Below, in pieces: positions 29,497 through 40,700 of a stretch of 64,000 nt of DNA. This DNA comes from a bacterium. Its GTDB lineage: Archaea > Thermoplasmatota > Thermoplasmata > Lutacidiplasmatales > UBA184. Position 1 is the first letter of the stretch, and the number at the start of each line of letters is the position of its first letter. Position numbers and translations under genes: made by a program. The stretch is from positions 6,737-70,736 of the forward strand of contig DAIDCO010000003.1 of the NCBI GenBank assembly GCA_027309555.1, in the 5' to 3' direction. The notes under the pieces are model-generated. The model was not told the DNA's origin, ran no database searches, and worked only from the letters and a program-made list of their open reading frames with translations.

Positions 29497-30789
29497 CTAG
29501 TCCGGCGCGTCGGCCAACGCGAAGATCATTCCCTCGACGACCTTCGGCAGGAACATCGTCGACTTGTGGGCCATCACCGCACCCGTGCCGAACGCGCGCT
29601 CCTCGATCCCCGTCTCGGTGAGCGGAGGCAGGAGGAGCGCGGTCCCGTTCCGGCCGGGTTCTCCCGCATCATCCGACCGTTCCCAGGCCGCCCGCGGGGA
29701 CCGTACGAATTCGAGCTCGTGGGGGTCGATACCGAGCCGGTCCTCGAGGAATCCGTGAAGGAGGTCGAAGTCCGCGCCGACGTCGCTGCTGGGGACGCCC
29801 CCCACCTCGTACAGGGCCCCGGCATGGGCAACCAGGAAGCCCCGACGGCCGTCCTCGTGCATCGCGCGAAGGCGCGCGATCGCCGCCTCCGGTCCCGCGG
29901 GGCCGGGAACGGCCTCGATCCACGGAAACCGCTTGCGCGCGCCGTCCAGGAGCTCGGAGAACGGCAGCACCGCGGCGGGAAGGACCCGGTGCCAGGGAAG
30001 TACCCGGAGCGCCCGGTCCTGCCCGTCCACGAGCATGGCGAGCGGAGCGGTCCGGCGCCCCTCGTAGTGGCGGTGCGCCGCCGCGGTGAACCGGTGGTGG
30101 CCGTCGAGGATGAGGAGGCGCAGATCGCGCACGAGGCCCTGGAGCTCCGTGACGGCCTTGGGGTCGTCGACTCGCCAGAGGCGGTGGGTCGTCCCGTCCA
30201 GCATGGCCTCGGCGACCGGCGGGACCGTCCCCTCGAATGATAGGCCGCGACGATCGAGACCCAGACGCCGCTCGAGCTCGTCGTTCAACCGGTGGTCCGG
30301 CCGGTGGTAGCCCGCGAGGATCGGGGCGAACGTCATACCCGTGGCGTCGGTCAGGGCGACGCGCTCCTCGACCCGGTCCTCGAACGTTCGCTCGTGGAGT
30401 GCGACTGTGTCGTGCTCGAGGTGAGTGAAGTCGAGCGCCCCGACCAGGCCGAGAAGGAGGTACTCCTTCCGTCGCTCCTCGGACGGTATCGTTTCGAGGA
30501 TATCGGAGGGCGGAACGTAGCGGATGCCGTAGATGTAGTACCCCGGACGCTCGTCCCGTACGTAGGCGCCGGCGCGGAGCGCCTCCCCGAGATTGTCGAC
30601 GGCGCCGGCGACGAACCGCTCGAGCGGAACCCCGCGCGGGCGGGGCACGAACCGCGCGGCGTTCGACGGATGACGGGCGAACCGGATCAGCTCCGTCTCG
30701 GAAAGCGTGTCGTAGACCGGGCAGACCACGCCGTTCGGGTCGACCGCACGCGGGTCGGGATGCCAGGCGCGGACCGGAGAGAGTTCGAC
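29497..30789 (-). CDS. DUF1015 (COG4198) family protein
   Basis: LLILDGHHRF motif. About 430 aa from a putative GTG; the longer track ORF (516 aa) has a low-complexity N-terminus. Confidence 0.5.
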   Translation of the reverse strand, partial: VELSPVRAWHPDPRAVDPNGVVCPVYDTLSETELIRFARHPSNAARFVPRPRGVPLERFVAGAVDNLGEALRAGAYVRDERPGYYIYGIRYVPPSDILETIPSEERRKEYLLLGLVGALDFTHLEHDTVALHERTFEDRVEERVALTDATGMTFAPILAGYHRPDHRLNDELERRLGLDRRGLSFEGTVPPVAEAMLDGTTHRLWRVDDPKAVTELQGLVRDLRLLILDGHHRFTAAAHRHYEGRRTAPLAMLVDGQDRALRVLPWHRVLPAAVLPFSELLDGARKRFPWIEAVPGPAGPEAAIARLRAMHEDGRRGFLVAHAGALYEVGGVPSSDVGADFDLLHGFLEDRLGIDPHELEFVRSPRAAWERSDDAGEPGRNGTALLLPPLTETGIEERAFGTGAVMAHKSTMFLPKVVEGMIFALADAPD

Positions 30790-30970
30790 TATGGTCGCAC
30801 CGCGCGGCGGACAGTATCTCCCTATATGGCGAGTCGGGAGGGAGGGCCGGACCGCGGACCACGATCGCGAGCGAAGGGAACCGCGTCCCTCCCCGCCGGG
30901 TCTAAGGCATGGAACCCGGGCGACCCCGTAGATCCCTGAGCCGCTACGGTCCCCGCACGGCGGGCCGGTC

Positions 30971-31723
30971 TCAGGGAGGTCGGGTCGGGCGGTCCTCGGC
31001 CCCGTCGGATAGGATCGTGCCCGCAGGGAGGGTCCAGCTGGACTCAAGATACCACGCGTTCACGACCCCCGTCGGCCGGAGACGATGGATGTCGGCATGG
31101 GCCGAACCGTAGAACTCGACGTGGCCGCGACCCTCCCAGATCTCGTGGAGCGCGTACTTCTCGAGCGTAGTGAACACGACCTGCCGCAGCCCCGGCACGC
31201 GCGGGTCGGGACTCGGGATTGTCCGCAGACAGAGACGGTTCGGGGTCGTGGGCAAGTCCGTCGTCCTCCCCCGGCGTCCATAGGCAAAGGCGACCCGCAC
31301 CAGCGGACCGGTGCGTCGCCGGATCGTGCCGACCACCTCGTTTCCGTCTTCTACGAGCGACTCGGGCTCGCACATCATCTTGGCCATCCCGTAGAGCTCG
31401 CGGCCGACCAGCAGGGCCTCGTCACTCGAGGTCCAGAGGAACGGGGCGTAGGTCGAAGTACGATCCCGGAACTTCACGCCGACGAGCAACGCCCCTTCGT
31501 GGTAACGCCCGGGTCCGGGCACCTGCCTCATATCGCCGACGAACGCGGCGGCGAACGGACGGTCGGGGAGCTCGAACGGCGGAGGGATCAGCCGAGCGAT
31601 CTCCGCCGGGTCGGCTTCGAATTGGACGAGCACCTGCCGGCAATGCGTCATCTCGAATGGCGGGGGTCCGTACGCGGGGGCGGTCCACGGAAGTGAGTAA
31701 CCTTCCGGCGCACCGGGAGCCAT
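30971..31723 (-). CDS. acetoacetate decarboxylase (ADC) family protein
   Basis: 250 aa. YGMAKMM (catalytic Lys region) and general ADC-like composition. Confidence 0.55.
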   Translation of the reverse strand: MAPGAPEGYSLPWTAPAYGPPPFEMTHCRQVLVQFEADPAEIARLIPPPFELPDRPFAAAFVGDMRQVPGPGRYHEGALLVGVKFRDRTSTYAPFLWTSSDEALLVGRELYGMAKMMCEPESLVEDGNEVVGTIRRRTGPLVRVAFAYGRRGRTTDLPTTPNRLCLRTIPSPDPRVPGLRQVVFTTLEKYALHEIWEGRGHVEFYGSAHADIHRLRPTGVVNAWYLESSWTLPAGTILSDGAEDRPTRPP

Positions 31724-32182
31724 GGCGGCCGCAATGCCGGACCATATTTGAGGCCAGGAGGCGGCAGGGCGATTCGCCCCACGAGTTCCCTCCCCATCGG
31801 GCCTCGGGACCACCGGGACTCCGGCAAGGCAGTTCCCGAACGCGTTCCCGGAGCAGGCCCGCGGGCGGACGATGCAACGCGTTATCTCTGTCGCACGCGG
31901 ATCGATCCAGAGCCCCGAATGCGCCTCGTGCTCATCCGGCTCGTCTACTGCTCCCCAGCAGGCGTCACGGATCGTTCCGGCGCGAGTCCACACCGGGTCC
32001 GGCCCTTGCCTCGGCGGGCCGGACGACCCGGCGAGACTGGCCGGGCGGGCGCAACGCCAGCAACCTGGCGTCGCGTATCTTGGGCACGTCCCGCGGGACC
32101 CGGGGCTACGGGACTATCGAGACGACGTCGAGCCCAGTGGTCGGCGACCTCGGGTCGGGCGGACGCGTGCGGCCGCGGTGCC

Positions 32183-32653
32183 TCAGGGCGATCCGGGAAT
32201 GGCGAGCAGGGATTCAGTGCCCGTCACTGCACCGAGGGTCTTTCGGATGTAGGCCGCCTCAAAGACGTCGCTCAGGGTTCGGGGTCGCTTGTCGGCGAAG
32301 ACCGTGTCCGCATGCCACTTCGATCCGAACCGAACGAGCGTCATCAGAATGGGGAGGGCGTCCTCGCCCTTCTCCGTCAGGCCCCACTTCGTGTAATTCC
32401 GTCCCCGCTCCGCGGCCCGGATGTATCCCCCGGATTCAAGTTCCCGCAGTCGCATGGCGAGCACGCGCTTCGTGAGGCCCGGCGTGATCCTCAGCATCTC
32501 GTTGAAGCGGTGTGCCCGGTAAAGCGCGATGTTCCTCAGCACAAGGAGCGCCCACTTTCGGCCAAGTACTCCCAGGCTGGCCTTCACCGGGCAGCCGACA
32601 AACTCGACCTTTAGTTCGGGAGCTGACTGAGGAATCGCCGCTCTCCTCTGCAC
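32183..32653 (-). CDS. HxlR-family winged-helix transcriptional regulator
   Basis: CPVKASLGVLGRKWALLVLRNI matches the HxlR signature. Confidence 0.65.
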   Translation of the reverse strand: MQRRAAIPQSAPELKVEFVGCPVKASLGVLGRKWALLVLRNIALYRAHRFNEMLRITPGLTKRVLAMRLRELESGGYIRAAERGRNYTKWGLTEKGEDALPILMTLVRFGSKWHADTVFADKRPRTLSDVFEAAYIRKTLGAVTGTESLLAIPGSP

Positions 32654-32952
32654 CGGTCTCCGTCAACCCGCCCCTGACTCATATGGTTTGCAGTTGATAC
32701 CGACCGTCGCGCGACGGACGGCTCCCCGGGTCGAGGCAACGGCAACAGGAGACTCGGTAGTAGCCCCGCCGTTTGGCCACCGCCGGGGCGCTGAACCGCC
32801 CGGACGTCGGTGGGGAGAGTATCCTTGGGTTGCGCTTTGCGGAACGTAATGATGCGCGCATCGCGGCCGTCCGATTGTCTGGCCGGCCTCTCGGTTCCGG
32901 AGTTGCATCCGAGCAGGGACTCGTGACAGCCATGCAGCGCTGCGCCGCAAAG

Positions 32953-33027
32953 TGGGCCCAGTCGGATTTGAACCGACGACCTCCCGGTTATCAGCCGGGT
33001 GCTCCAGCCAAACTAAGCTATGGGCCC
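32953..33027 (-). tRNA. tRNA-Ile (anticodon GAU)
   Basis: Manual fold: 7-bp acceptor (GGGCCCA/UGGGCCC), D-stem GCUU/GAGC, anticodon stem CCCGG/CCGGG with loop CUGAUAA, T-arm GUCGG-UUCAAAU-CCGAC, discriminator A, and no encoded CCA. Confidence 0.9.
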
Positions 33028-33150
33028 TCGCGGCGCGGGAGGGGAGGGCGGCTTTAGCTGTTTCCCGTTCAATCCCGGGATGCCGGGCCAATCGAGAGCG
33101 ATCTTCCGGCCACGCAGTGCTGCCCGGCAAGTTCGTCGGTGGAAACCTTC

Positions 33151-33760
33151 CTAGGTTCCGTCGATGCGCACGACCGAGCTTGTCGTGCCGACCCAGACGA
33201 CCGGCCAGATAGGGGACGCGGCCATCGATTCTAACTCGGCTATCGAGGGGACCTGCATCGAAAACAGCATCGTTCCCTGAGCGTCGAACAGCCGGATCGT
33301 TCCTGAAAGATTTCCCGTGGCTATCTCCGAGCCATCGTCCCCGACGACCACGTCGTTGCCGCGAACGTTCGGTTGCAACAGCGAGACCGCTCCGAGGAAG
33401 CGGCTCCACGCCACCGATCCTGCTTCCAAGAGATACAGACGGCTCCCGGCGGCGACCGCCGCTTCGGAGCCAGCTCCAAGCAGCTACAGGCTCCAAACGT
33501 CCGAGCCCGGAGAGAATACCCAAAGCAGATCTCCGAGCCCGTTGTACGCGACGGCGAGGCCGGTCCCGTACCCGTCCGTGCCCACCGCCACCACGCCCCC
33601 GCCGGTGCTCATCGCGATCGAGTCCCCTACGTCGCTCAGCGGTTGGGATTAGAGGAGCGAACCTGTCCCGCTGAAGAGATCTACCCAACCGCCCGGGGCA
33701 TATCCGTTGCCTAAGGCGATCCCGATTCGCTCAGCGCGAGGAACGTGCGGGGCAACGAGT
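33151..33760 (-). pseudogene. decayed PQQ-repeat beta-propeller gene with in-frame TAA and TAG stops
   Basis: One reading frame gives ...IGIALGNGYAPGGWVDLFSGTGSLL(TAA)SQPLSDVGDSIAMSTGGGVVAVGTDGYGTGLAVAYNGLGDLLWVFSPGSDVWSL(TAG)LLGAGSEAAVAAGSRLYLLEAGSVAWSRF...VRIDGT. The beta-propeller-like sequence is coherent across both stops. Confidence 0.45.
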
Positions 33761-34365
33761 GCGGGTTCCGAGCGGAGCCCGGCCCGTGGCCGATGGTCGG
33801 TGGTAGGGTTCGTATTCTCACCACGGTCACCCTCGCGGTGTCCCTGGCGACGCCCCGCGACGCTTGGGGCGAACCTGGGGTGGAAAAGTGCGAAGGCGGG
33901 CTCGCGTGCATCGGCGACCTGAGGGTCGACCTCAACCACCGCTGACGTGGTTTCGGCGAGAGCTTGTCGAAGCGAACGATCTGTGAGCTCTCTCAGCCGG
34001 CTCCCGGACCGATTCAGCGGGTCGCGGCGCGGTATGGAGCGACGTACCGACGGATCCGCCGACTCGGGTTCGAGGAACTTGTCGGTAGCCGCGGCACTGG
34101 GCGGCCAGTGAGTTCGGGGACCGAGACCGCCTCCCTTCAAGATCTCCGGTGTCCGAGCGATACGCCGGAGTCTGGCCGTCGTTCCCCAAGTTGAGGTCGC
34201 GCGCATTCGGCCGAGGGACTCCAGCCCGAACTCTCCCCAGCTCTCTTCGTTGCGCCCCGCGCCGAGGGTTGGGGGGGCTCCAGGGGTTTCGGCGGACGGC
34301 GCCCGGGCGCGTCCCTCCTCGCGGTTCATGGCGAACGGAGTCGAACGTTTCGACCGCTTACGCCC

Positions 34366-34821
34366 CTACGGAAGCGCGGTCGGTGCGCCTTCGACAAATC
34401 GCTTCAGCGTACCCGGGACGAACGCTTCGATTCCCGAAAGCCGGGCCCCGTCGGGACGAACGAGCAGGGGGAGGAGATCGTCTGGGCCGACCCACTGGTC
34501 GACCAGGCCCTGGTTTCCGGATGGGCGGTTCACATCCACCAACTGTACGGACTGTCCCCGCTCGCGGGTGATCTCGAGGAGCATCTCCGCGCATTGCATC
34601 TGCGGAAGCGGAAGTCGCCAGGCCGGCGCCCCCGGCGGAAGGTCCGCATCGACGCCTCTCTCCGCCGGGGGAGCGGGCCGATTCCACAGCCACGGGGCGA
34701 GAGTCACCATGCCGGCGAGGCGATCGAGCATCGAGGTCGAGACATCCTGGAGCGGGTCCGGTCCCGTATCGGGCTCCCCCGCGACGAACAACAGGAAGGG
34801 GAGTCCGGGTGGGAGGGCCAT
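34366..34821 (-). CDS. hypothetical protein
   Basis: 151 aa with balanced composition (…MLLEITRERGQSVQLVDVNRPSGNQGLVDQW…). No family recognised. Confidence 0.35.
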   Translation of the reverse strand: MALPPGLPFLLFVAGEPDTGPDPLQDVSTSMLDRLAGMVTLAPWLWNRPAPPAERGVDADLPPGAPAWRLPLPQMQCAEMLLEITRERGQSVQLVDVNRPSGNQGLVDQWVGPDDLLPLLVRPDGARLSGIEAFVPGTLKRFVEGAPTALP

Positions 34822-35470
34822 CGCCCGGGGATCGACCCGTCGGCTTTAACGGTGAGCGGGCTCAGCGTGTGTTGTCACGCCGACCTCCCGGCTACCCTCC
34901 GCTCGCTCCGGCCCTACCAGGCTTCGGGCCCGCGGGGCGCGGGAAGAAGAGTGGCTCGGGAAGTCGTCCTGTCCGACGCGGAGGGAGCGGGAGAACGCAG
35001 GAGCGTCGCTCCGTCCAGCGCGCAACTCTGGATCCCCGCAGGACGAAAGTCTGGTCGCGACTTCCCGAGCCGCAATCCCGAAGATGTCGACCCTTCCGGT
35101 ACCCTCGGGACGGCAGGCGCCGACACGGATTCCCCTTCGGCGTTAGAGGGGGTTGGGAAACAAGAGAGCTCCGTTCCGGATCCATGGAACCGCGCCGAAC
35201 GAAGCCGAAAGGATGGCCCGCTCGCCGTCTCCATCCCGTGGATGTCCTCGATCCGCCGGTACCTTGAGGGATCAACCCCTCCAGCGAGTTTCCCCCGAAG
35301 AGTGGGGTACTCGCGAGAGACCCTCTTTTCGCAAAGTACGGGCTACCGCGGGCCCCCCCAACGTCGCTACCGAGCTCCCGCCCTAAACGGCATGGACCCG
35401 ACGCGCGAAGGGAGGGTCGACACGTCCGAGCGGAACGCCCGGCGAAGCGGGCGAGCGTCAGAGAACGGCG

Positions 35471-37513
35471 CTAGAGCGGTCCGAGCTCGAGGACCGTGCC
35501 CGAGTTGACGTCGGTCACGAATAGGAGGCGCGCAGCAGCGTCGTAGGCGAGACCCGTAGGCCCGGATCCGCCCGGGAGCGTCGCGACCACTGCTCCGGTT
35601 TCCGCATCGATGAGCGTCACGTTGTTCGACCCGGTGTTGGCGACGGCCACGAGGTGATCGGCGGCGAGGAGCACGGATCCTTCGGGGGTCGACCCGACGT
35701 CGACGCTGCCGACGGTTCGGTCGGTCGCCGGGTCCAGGAGGGCGACGGCGCTGGAGGCGAAGAGGGACACGTACACGAGCCCCGAGAGCGGGTCATACAG
35801 GGTGCCGTCCGGTTGGGGTCCGACGGTGACGAGGGCGACGACGCGGTTCGTGGCACCCGAGATCACCGTCACCGTGTCGCCGAAGTAGTTCGCCACATAG
35901 AGATCTCCGTTCGAGCGATCGAGGGCGATCCCGCCGTTCCCGGTCCCGTGAGGGACCCCGATGTGCTTGAAGACGTGGCCCGTGGCAGGACTGGCAACGG
36001 CGACCTCGCTGTCGAGGTCGCACTCGATATACAGAAGTCCGTTCAAGGGGTCGAAGACCACGCCGACCGTGAACGCACACCCGGCGTAGAGCGCCCCCAC
36101 CACCGAGTCGGTCTGGGTGTCGATAACGGTCAACCGATTCGTGAAGTCGTTCGCGACGTAGAGCCTTTCGTTCACCGGGTCGTAGGCAAGTTGCCAGGCA
36201 TACTCGTGGGTCGGGATGCTCGCGATCACCCGCCCCGTCGATGCGTCGATGACGGAGACGTTCGCGGATCCGTAGTTCGCTACGTAGACCCGGTGGTGGG
36301 TCGCGTCGTACACGACTCCCTTGGGCTCCGCGCCCACCGGAAGGCTCGCGTTCGTAAATGGGGTCGAAGAGACTCCGAGGGTCCAGGTGTCGGCGACCGG
36401 GCCGGCGCATACGTTCGCCGGGTCTCCGCAGCCGCCGAAGAGCAGCAGGTTGCCTCGCGGCGGGACTCCGGTGGCCGAGACGAGAGCCCGGGGGGCGGGG
36501 GAGAGCCACAGCCGGCTGGTGAGGTTCTCCCAGGCGCCCCCCGAGAAGAGCCACGTGTCGGAGTAGAAGGTCCAGGTCGCAAAGGCCGTGGAGAATCCGC
36601 CCCCGAATAGGACGTCTCCGAGGCCCGTGTCGGCGAACGCCGGCGCGTACCGGGCCGAGGGCGCCTCGGCGAGGCCCGAAGTGAGATTCGCCCACTTCCC
36701 CGCCGAAAAGGTCCAGGTGTCGCCGAGGCGGGAATCACTTCCCGAGACTCCCCCAAAGAGGACCACGTAGCCGTCGTGCGAATCGTAGGCCATGCCTGCA
36801 TTCTGCCGGGGCGACGGGGGTGAGCCGGCCGAAGCGGAGATATTCCTCCACTCCCCGGCGTGGAACGTCCAGGTGTCGGACAGGTAGCCGGCGGAGCTGT
36901 CGCCGCCGAACAGTACGACACATCCCTCCGCCGTGTCGTAGGCGAGCATCGGATTGTCGCGAGGGGAAGGGGAGACCCTGGGGTGGAGCTGAGTCCACTG
37001 GCCCCCATGGAACGCCCAGGTCTCTCCGAAGTCCGGGCCCAATAGCTCGTACCCTCCGAAGAGCAGGACATAGTGGTCGGCCGCGTCGTACACGATCGTC
37101 ACCGAATCGAGCGGGGGTGGGGATACTCGGGGATGCAGCTGCGTCCAACCGCCGTTCGAGAACTCCCACGTGTCGCCCCAGTAGGTGCCGTCGGCCGCAC
37201 CGCCCCCAAACAGGACCGTGTAGCCATCGGGGGGATCGTACGTCAGTCCGTCGAGATTTCGAGCCCCCGGCGCCGAGCGCGGGAACTCCTCCGACCAGGC
37301 CAGGGATGGCGCCAGAGAAGCGCTGGACAAGGCCCTCGGGAGTTCGGCGGGGCCGCTCAATATCGCGGCCGGACGCGCTCCGAGCGGGTTTGAATGCGAG
37401 GGAGCGGCCCCAGCACTCATCGAGGACACGAGCAACAATACAGGGATGCCCGTGAGGATAATGGCCCGCAGCGAGCCACGCATTCGTGTCCGAAGCGGTG
37501 GAACGACTTCCAA
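35471..37513 (-). CDS. secreted Kelch-repeat plus YVTN beta-propeller repeat protein
   Basis: Signal peptide; five GDTWxF...GGxW Kelch-like repeats; C-terminal YVTN-type repeats (RVYVANYGSANVSVID, RLYVANDFTNRLTVID, DLYVANYFGDTVTVI). Confidence 0.75.
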   Translation of the reverse strand: MEVVPPLRTRMRGSLRAIILTGIPVLLLVSSMSAGAAPSHSNPLGARPAAILSGPAELPRALSSASLAPSLAWSEEFPRSAPGARNLDGLTYDPPDGYTVLFGGGAADGTYWGDTWEFSNGGWTQLHPRVSPPPLDSVTIVYDAADHYVLLFGGYELLGPDFGETWAFHGGQWTQLHPRVSPSPRDNPMLAYDTAEGCVVLFGGDSSAGYLSDTWTFHAGEWRNISASAGSPPSPRQNAGMAYDSHDGYVVLFGGVSGSDSRLGDTWTFSAGKWANLTSGLAEAPSARYAPAFADTGLGDVLFGGGFSTAFATWTFYSDTWLFSGGAWENLTSRLWLSPAPRALVSATGVPPRGNLLLFGGCGDPANVCAGPVADTWTLGVSSTPFTNASLPVGAEPKGVVYDATHHRVYVANYGSANVSVIDASTGRVIASIPTHEYAWQLAYDPVNERLYVANDFTNRLTVIDTQTDSVVGALYAGCAFTVGVVFDPLNGLLYIECDLDSEVAVASPATGHVFKHIGVPHGTGNGGIALDRSNGDLYVANYFGDTVTVISGATNRVVALVTVGPQPDGTLYDPLSGLVYVSLFASSAVALLDPATDRTVGSVDVGSTPEGSVLLAADHLVAVANTGSNNVTLIDAETGAVVATLPGGSGPTGLAYDAAARLLFVTDVNSGTVLELGPL

Positions 37514-37798
37514 TGCATAAACCCTACTGTATTCCGTTGCAGTTCAAGGCCTTTCGAGGTTCCGCTCACGCGGGGCGACCCGGGGCTCTCGCGAGCCCCC
37601 GGGTTGCGCCGAAAGAAGGACAGTTAGACCAACACCGCTCCGCGCTCCGCGAGGGGGGCTCGGGGGACTCCCCTGTGCGGGAGGAGTCGATACTCGAGAG
37701 GGGGGCGTTGGGGCTCAAGTACCCCGCCTCGAGCGCTGGTACGCGCGGACCAGGGACACAGGTAGATATCCCCCCGCAGAGCTCGCACCGGCGGACCG

Positions 37799-40700
37799 AT
37801 GCCGTCGCTACGGGGCCTCGGGCATCGCGGCTTCTCCGGGGCAGATTCCGTAGCCCCGTTCGGGAGCGGTGCGAAGGGTGGTTCCCGTCCCCTGCGCCGA
37901 TGGGGACGAACTGCCGGCCTTCGCCGAGAGGCCCGTACCTGGGCCCCCGGGGCAATCCTCGGGTTCCTCCTGCTGCTGGCGACGCTCTCTCCCATGGGAG
38001 GAGCCGCCCCCCTCCCGCACGCGGGCGGGAGCCATTCCGAGAGACCGGGGCCGGGAATGCCTTGGCGCCTCCCGACGCCCCCCTCTCCGCGCGCGCCGGT
38101 CACGGTCGGACCGAGTCCGTTGGGACCGGGAACCGTGGTGGGGACTCTCGTTCTCGCGAACGACAGCTATTTCCCGGGGAACTTCCCGGCGAACAACCCG
38201 GCCGCCATCACGAGCCCGGTCTACGACCCCGCGACCGCTCGGGTCTACATCGCCGACACCGACACCGACAATATCACGGTCCTCGACCCGAGCACGGGAG
38301 CCTTCGTCGCAAACTATCCCACGGGCACGACCAACTTCTCTGCCACCTCCCCCACGGGCATGGCACTCGATAGCTCGAATGGGGACCTCTACATCGCGAA
38401 CTCGGGGAACTCCTCCGTACTCGTCTGGGACCCCCGTACGCTCGCTCCGGTCGCCACGATTCCGGTCGCCAACGGGACCAACACCCTGGCGTACGACCCG
38501 CGGGATGGCGATCTCTTCGTGACCGCCCCCGCCGGAGTCACGGTGGTCTCGGTGATCAACGCGACCACGAACCGGGTGGTCGCGACGGTTCCCGTGGGAG
38601 TCTCTCCGCAGGCGATCGCGGTCGACACGCATACCGGCAGCGTCTTCGTCGGGAACTACGGCAGCAGCAACGTCTCCGTGCTGAACGCCACGAGCTTCGC
38701 CGTGAACCGCACGATCCCTCTGGCCGCCTCCGATGCCCCGAGCGCCGCCTGCTTCGATCCGGTCACGAACGAGATCCTGGTGACCAGCGGGGCCCTCGGC
38801 ATCGTCACCGTCCTCAACGCGAGCATCGGCGCGGTCGTCGCGAACATCACGGTCGCGCCGGCGCTCGCCCACGCGAACCTCGACGCGATCGCGTTCGACA
38901 GTACGAATCACGCCGTCTACACCGCCGATGCCGTCGGCCGGGTCGTGAACGTCCTCAACGTCTCCGCGCGCACCGTCCGGACCAATATCAGCGTCGGGGG
39001 CGAGCCGTCGGGCGTCGCGTTCGACCCGGTACAGAACACCCTCTACTCGACGAACCTCCTCACCGAGAACGTGAGCGTGATCGACCCGGTGACGAACCGC
39101 GTGGTTGCGAGCCCCCGGCTCTCCACGAGTCCCTGGGGCGTCGCCTTCGACCCGACGAACCGGGACCTGTTCGTCTCGAACTCCACCTCGTACGGCGAGG
39201 AGGGCCTCGGCACCGTGATGTCGGTCAATACGAGCACTCCGCGCGTCGGCACCATCTCCGGGTTCGGGTTCGCCCCGTCGGCGCCCCCCCTCGGCTACGG
39301 CACCTACGACGAGACGTACGACCCGGCCAATGGGCGGCTCTACGTGCTCCTCTCCGTGTATGACGGCGCGAACGCGACCACGTACGAGGCGCTCGGAGTG
39401 GTCGACGGACGCACGGGGACCCGCATTTCGGTACTGCCGCTCGAGTACGGCCTGAGCTGCCTGGCGTTCGACACCGCGAACCAGGTCGTCTACGTCGGGG
39501 CGGGATCCCCGAGCGGGGGGTACCTGCTCGGGTTCAACTCCACGGACGCGCTCGTCTCCCAGCTTCCGCTGAACGCGAGCCCGCAGGGGGTCGCCTTCGA
39601 CCCCGCGAACGGGGACCTGTACCTTACGGCGAGCGTGGGCGCCGTAGGTGAGCTCATCGCCGTGGATCCGATAACGAACAAGACCGTGGCGATGTACTCC
39701 CCGGACCCCACGTTCACCGCCACTCGTACCGTCGTGTATGACTCCGTTACCGCGGAGATCTTCGCGGGGAACGACCTCAACGGGCTGGCGGTCCTCAACG
39801 CGACGACCGGCCGATGGGTCGGGAACGTGACCGGGGTCGGGTTCACCGGTCCCGCCGTGTTCGATCAGGCGAACGGCCTCATCTACACCACGGAGGCCGG
39901 AACCAACGACGTCGCCGCCATCAACGGTTCCGCGCTTACGACCGTCGCGACGATTCCGGTCGGGATCGAGCCCGAGGGGATCGCGATGAACGGATCGGGC
40001 GAGACGCTCTACGTGGCGAACCTGCTCTCGGGCAGCATCTCGACGATCTCCCTGGGCGCATCCCCCCCGCCGACCTTGAGCACGGTAACGGTGACCCCGG
40101 GCACTGCGAGCATCCTCCCGCACGGCAACGCCACTTTCACCGCTACCCCGAGCTGCCGCGGCGGCCCCTGCCCGGTCGGTACTACCTACGCCTGGACGCT
40201 CAACAATAGCCTCGGGACCCTGAGCTCGACCAACGGGAGCACGACCTCGTTCACGGCCGGGACTTCGGGAGGCACGGCGATGCTCCACGTCACGGCAGCC
40301 CTCAACGGAGCTAGCGCCTACGGCTCCGCGGCGATCACGGTCGGCCCCGTCACGCCGGGGTTGGTCTCCGTGACGATCTCCCCCGCAAGCGTCACGGTCG
40401 TCGGGCCGAATGGCACCGTGAACCTGACCGCGAGCCCCAGTTGTCGCGGCGGCGCCTGCCCCGCGGGAACGACGTACCTCTGGTCGCTCGGCGGCGCCCT
40501 CGGAACGCTCAACGCGAGCTCGGGGAGCCGGGTGCGCTTCATCGCCGCCGGTACGACCGGGTCTACTACGGTCACGGTCACTGCATCGCTCCACGGGGCC
40601 AACGCTTCGGCGTCGGCGACGATCACCGTCTCCGAGCGTTCCCCGCCCCCGACGTCGGGAGGCGCCTTCCCGACCGGGTATCTCGAGATCGGGCTGGCGC

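Noticed and set aside
32663-33688. 341-aa minus-strand ORF overlapping tRNA-Ile
   Set aside because: It reads straight through a well-folded tRNA gene, and its translation is Arg/Gly-rich with no domain signatures. Only the beta-propeller remnant in another frame is credible.
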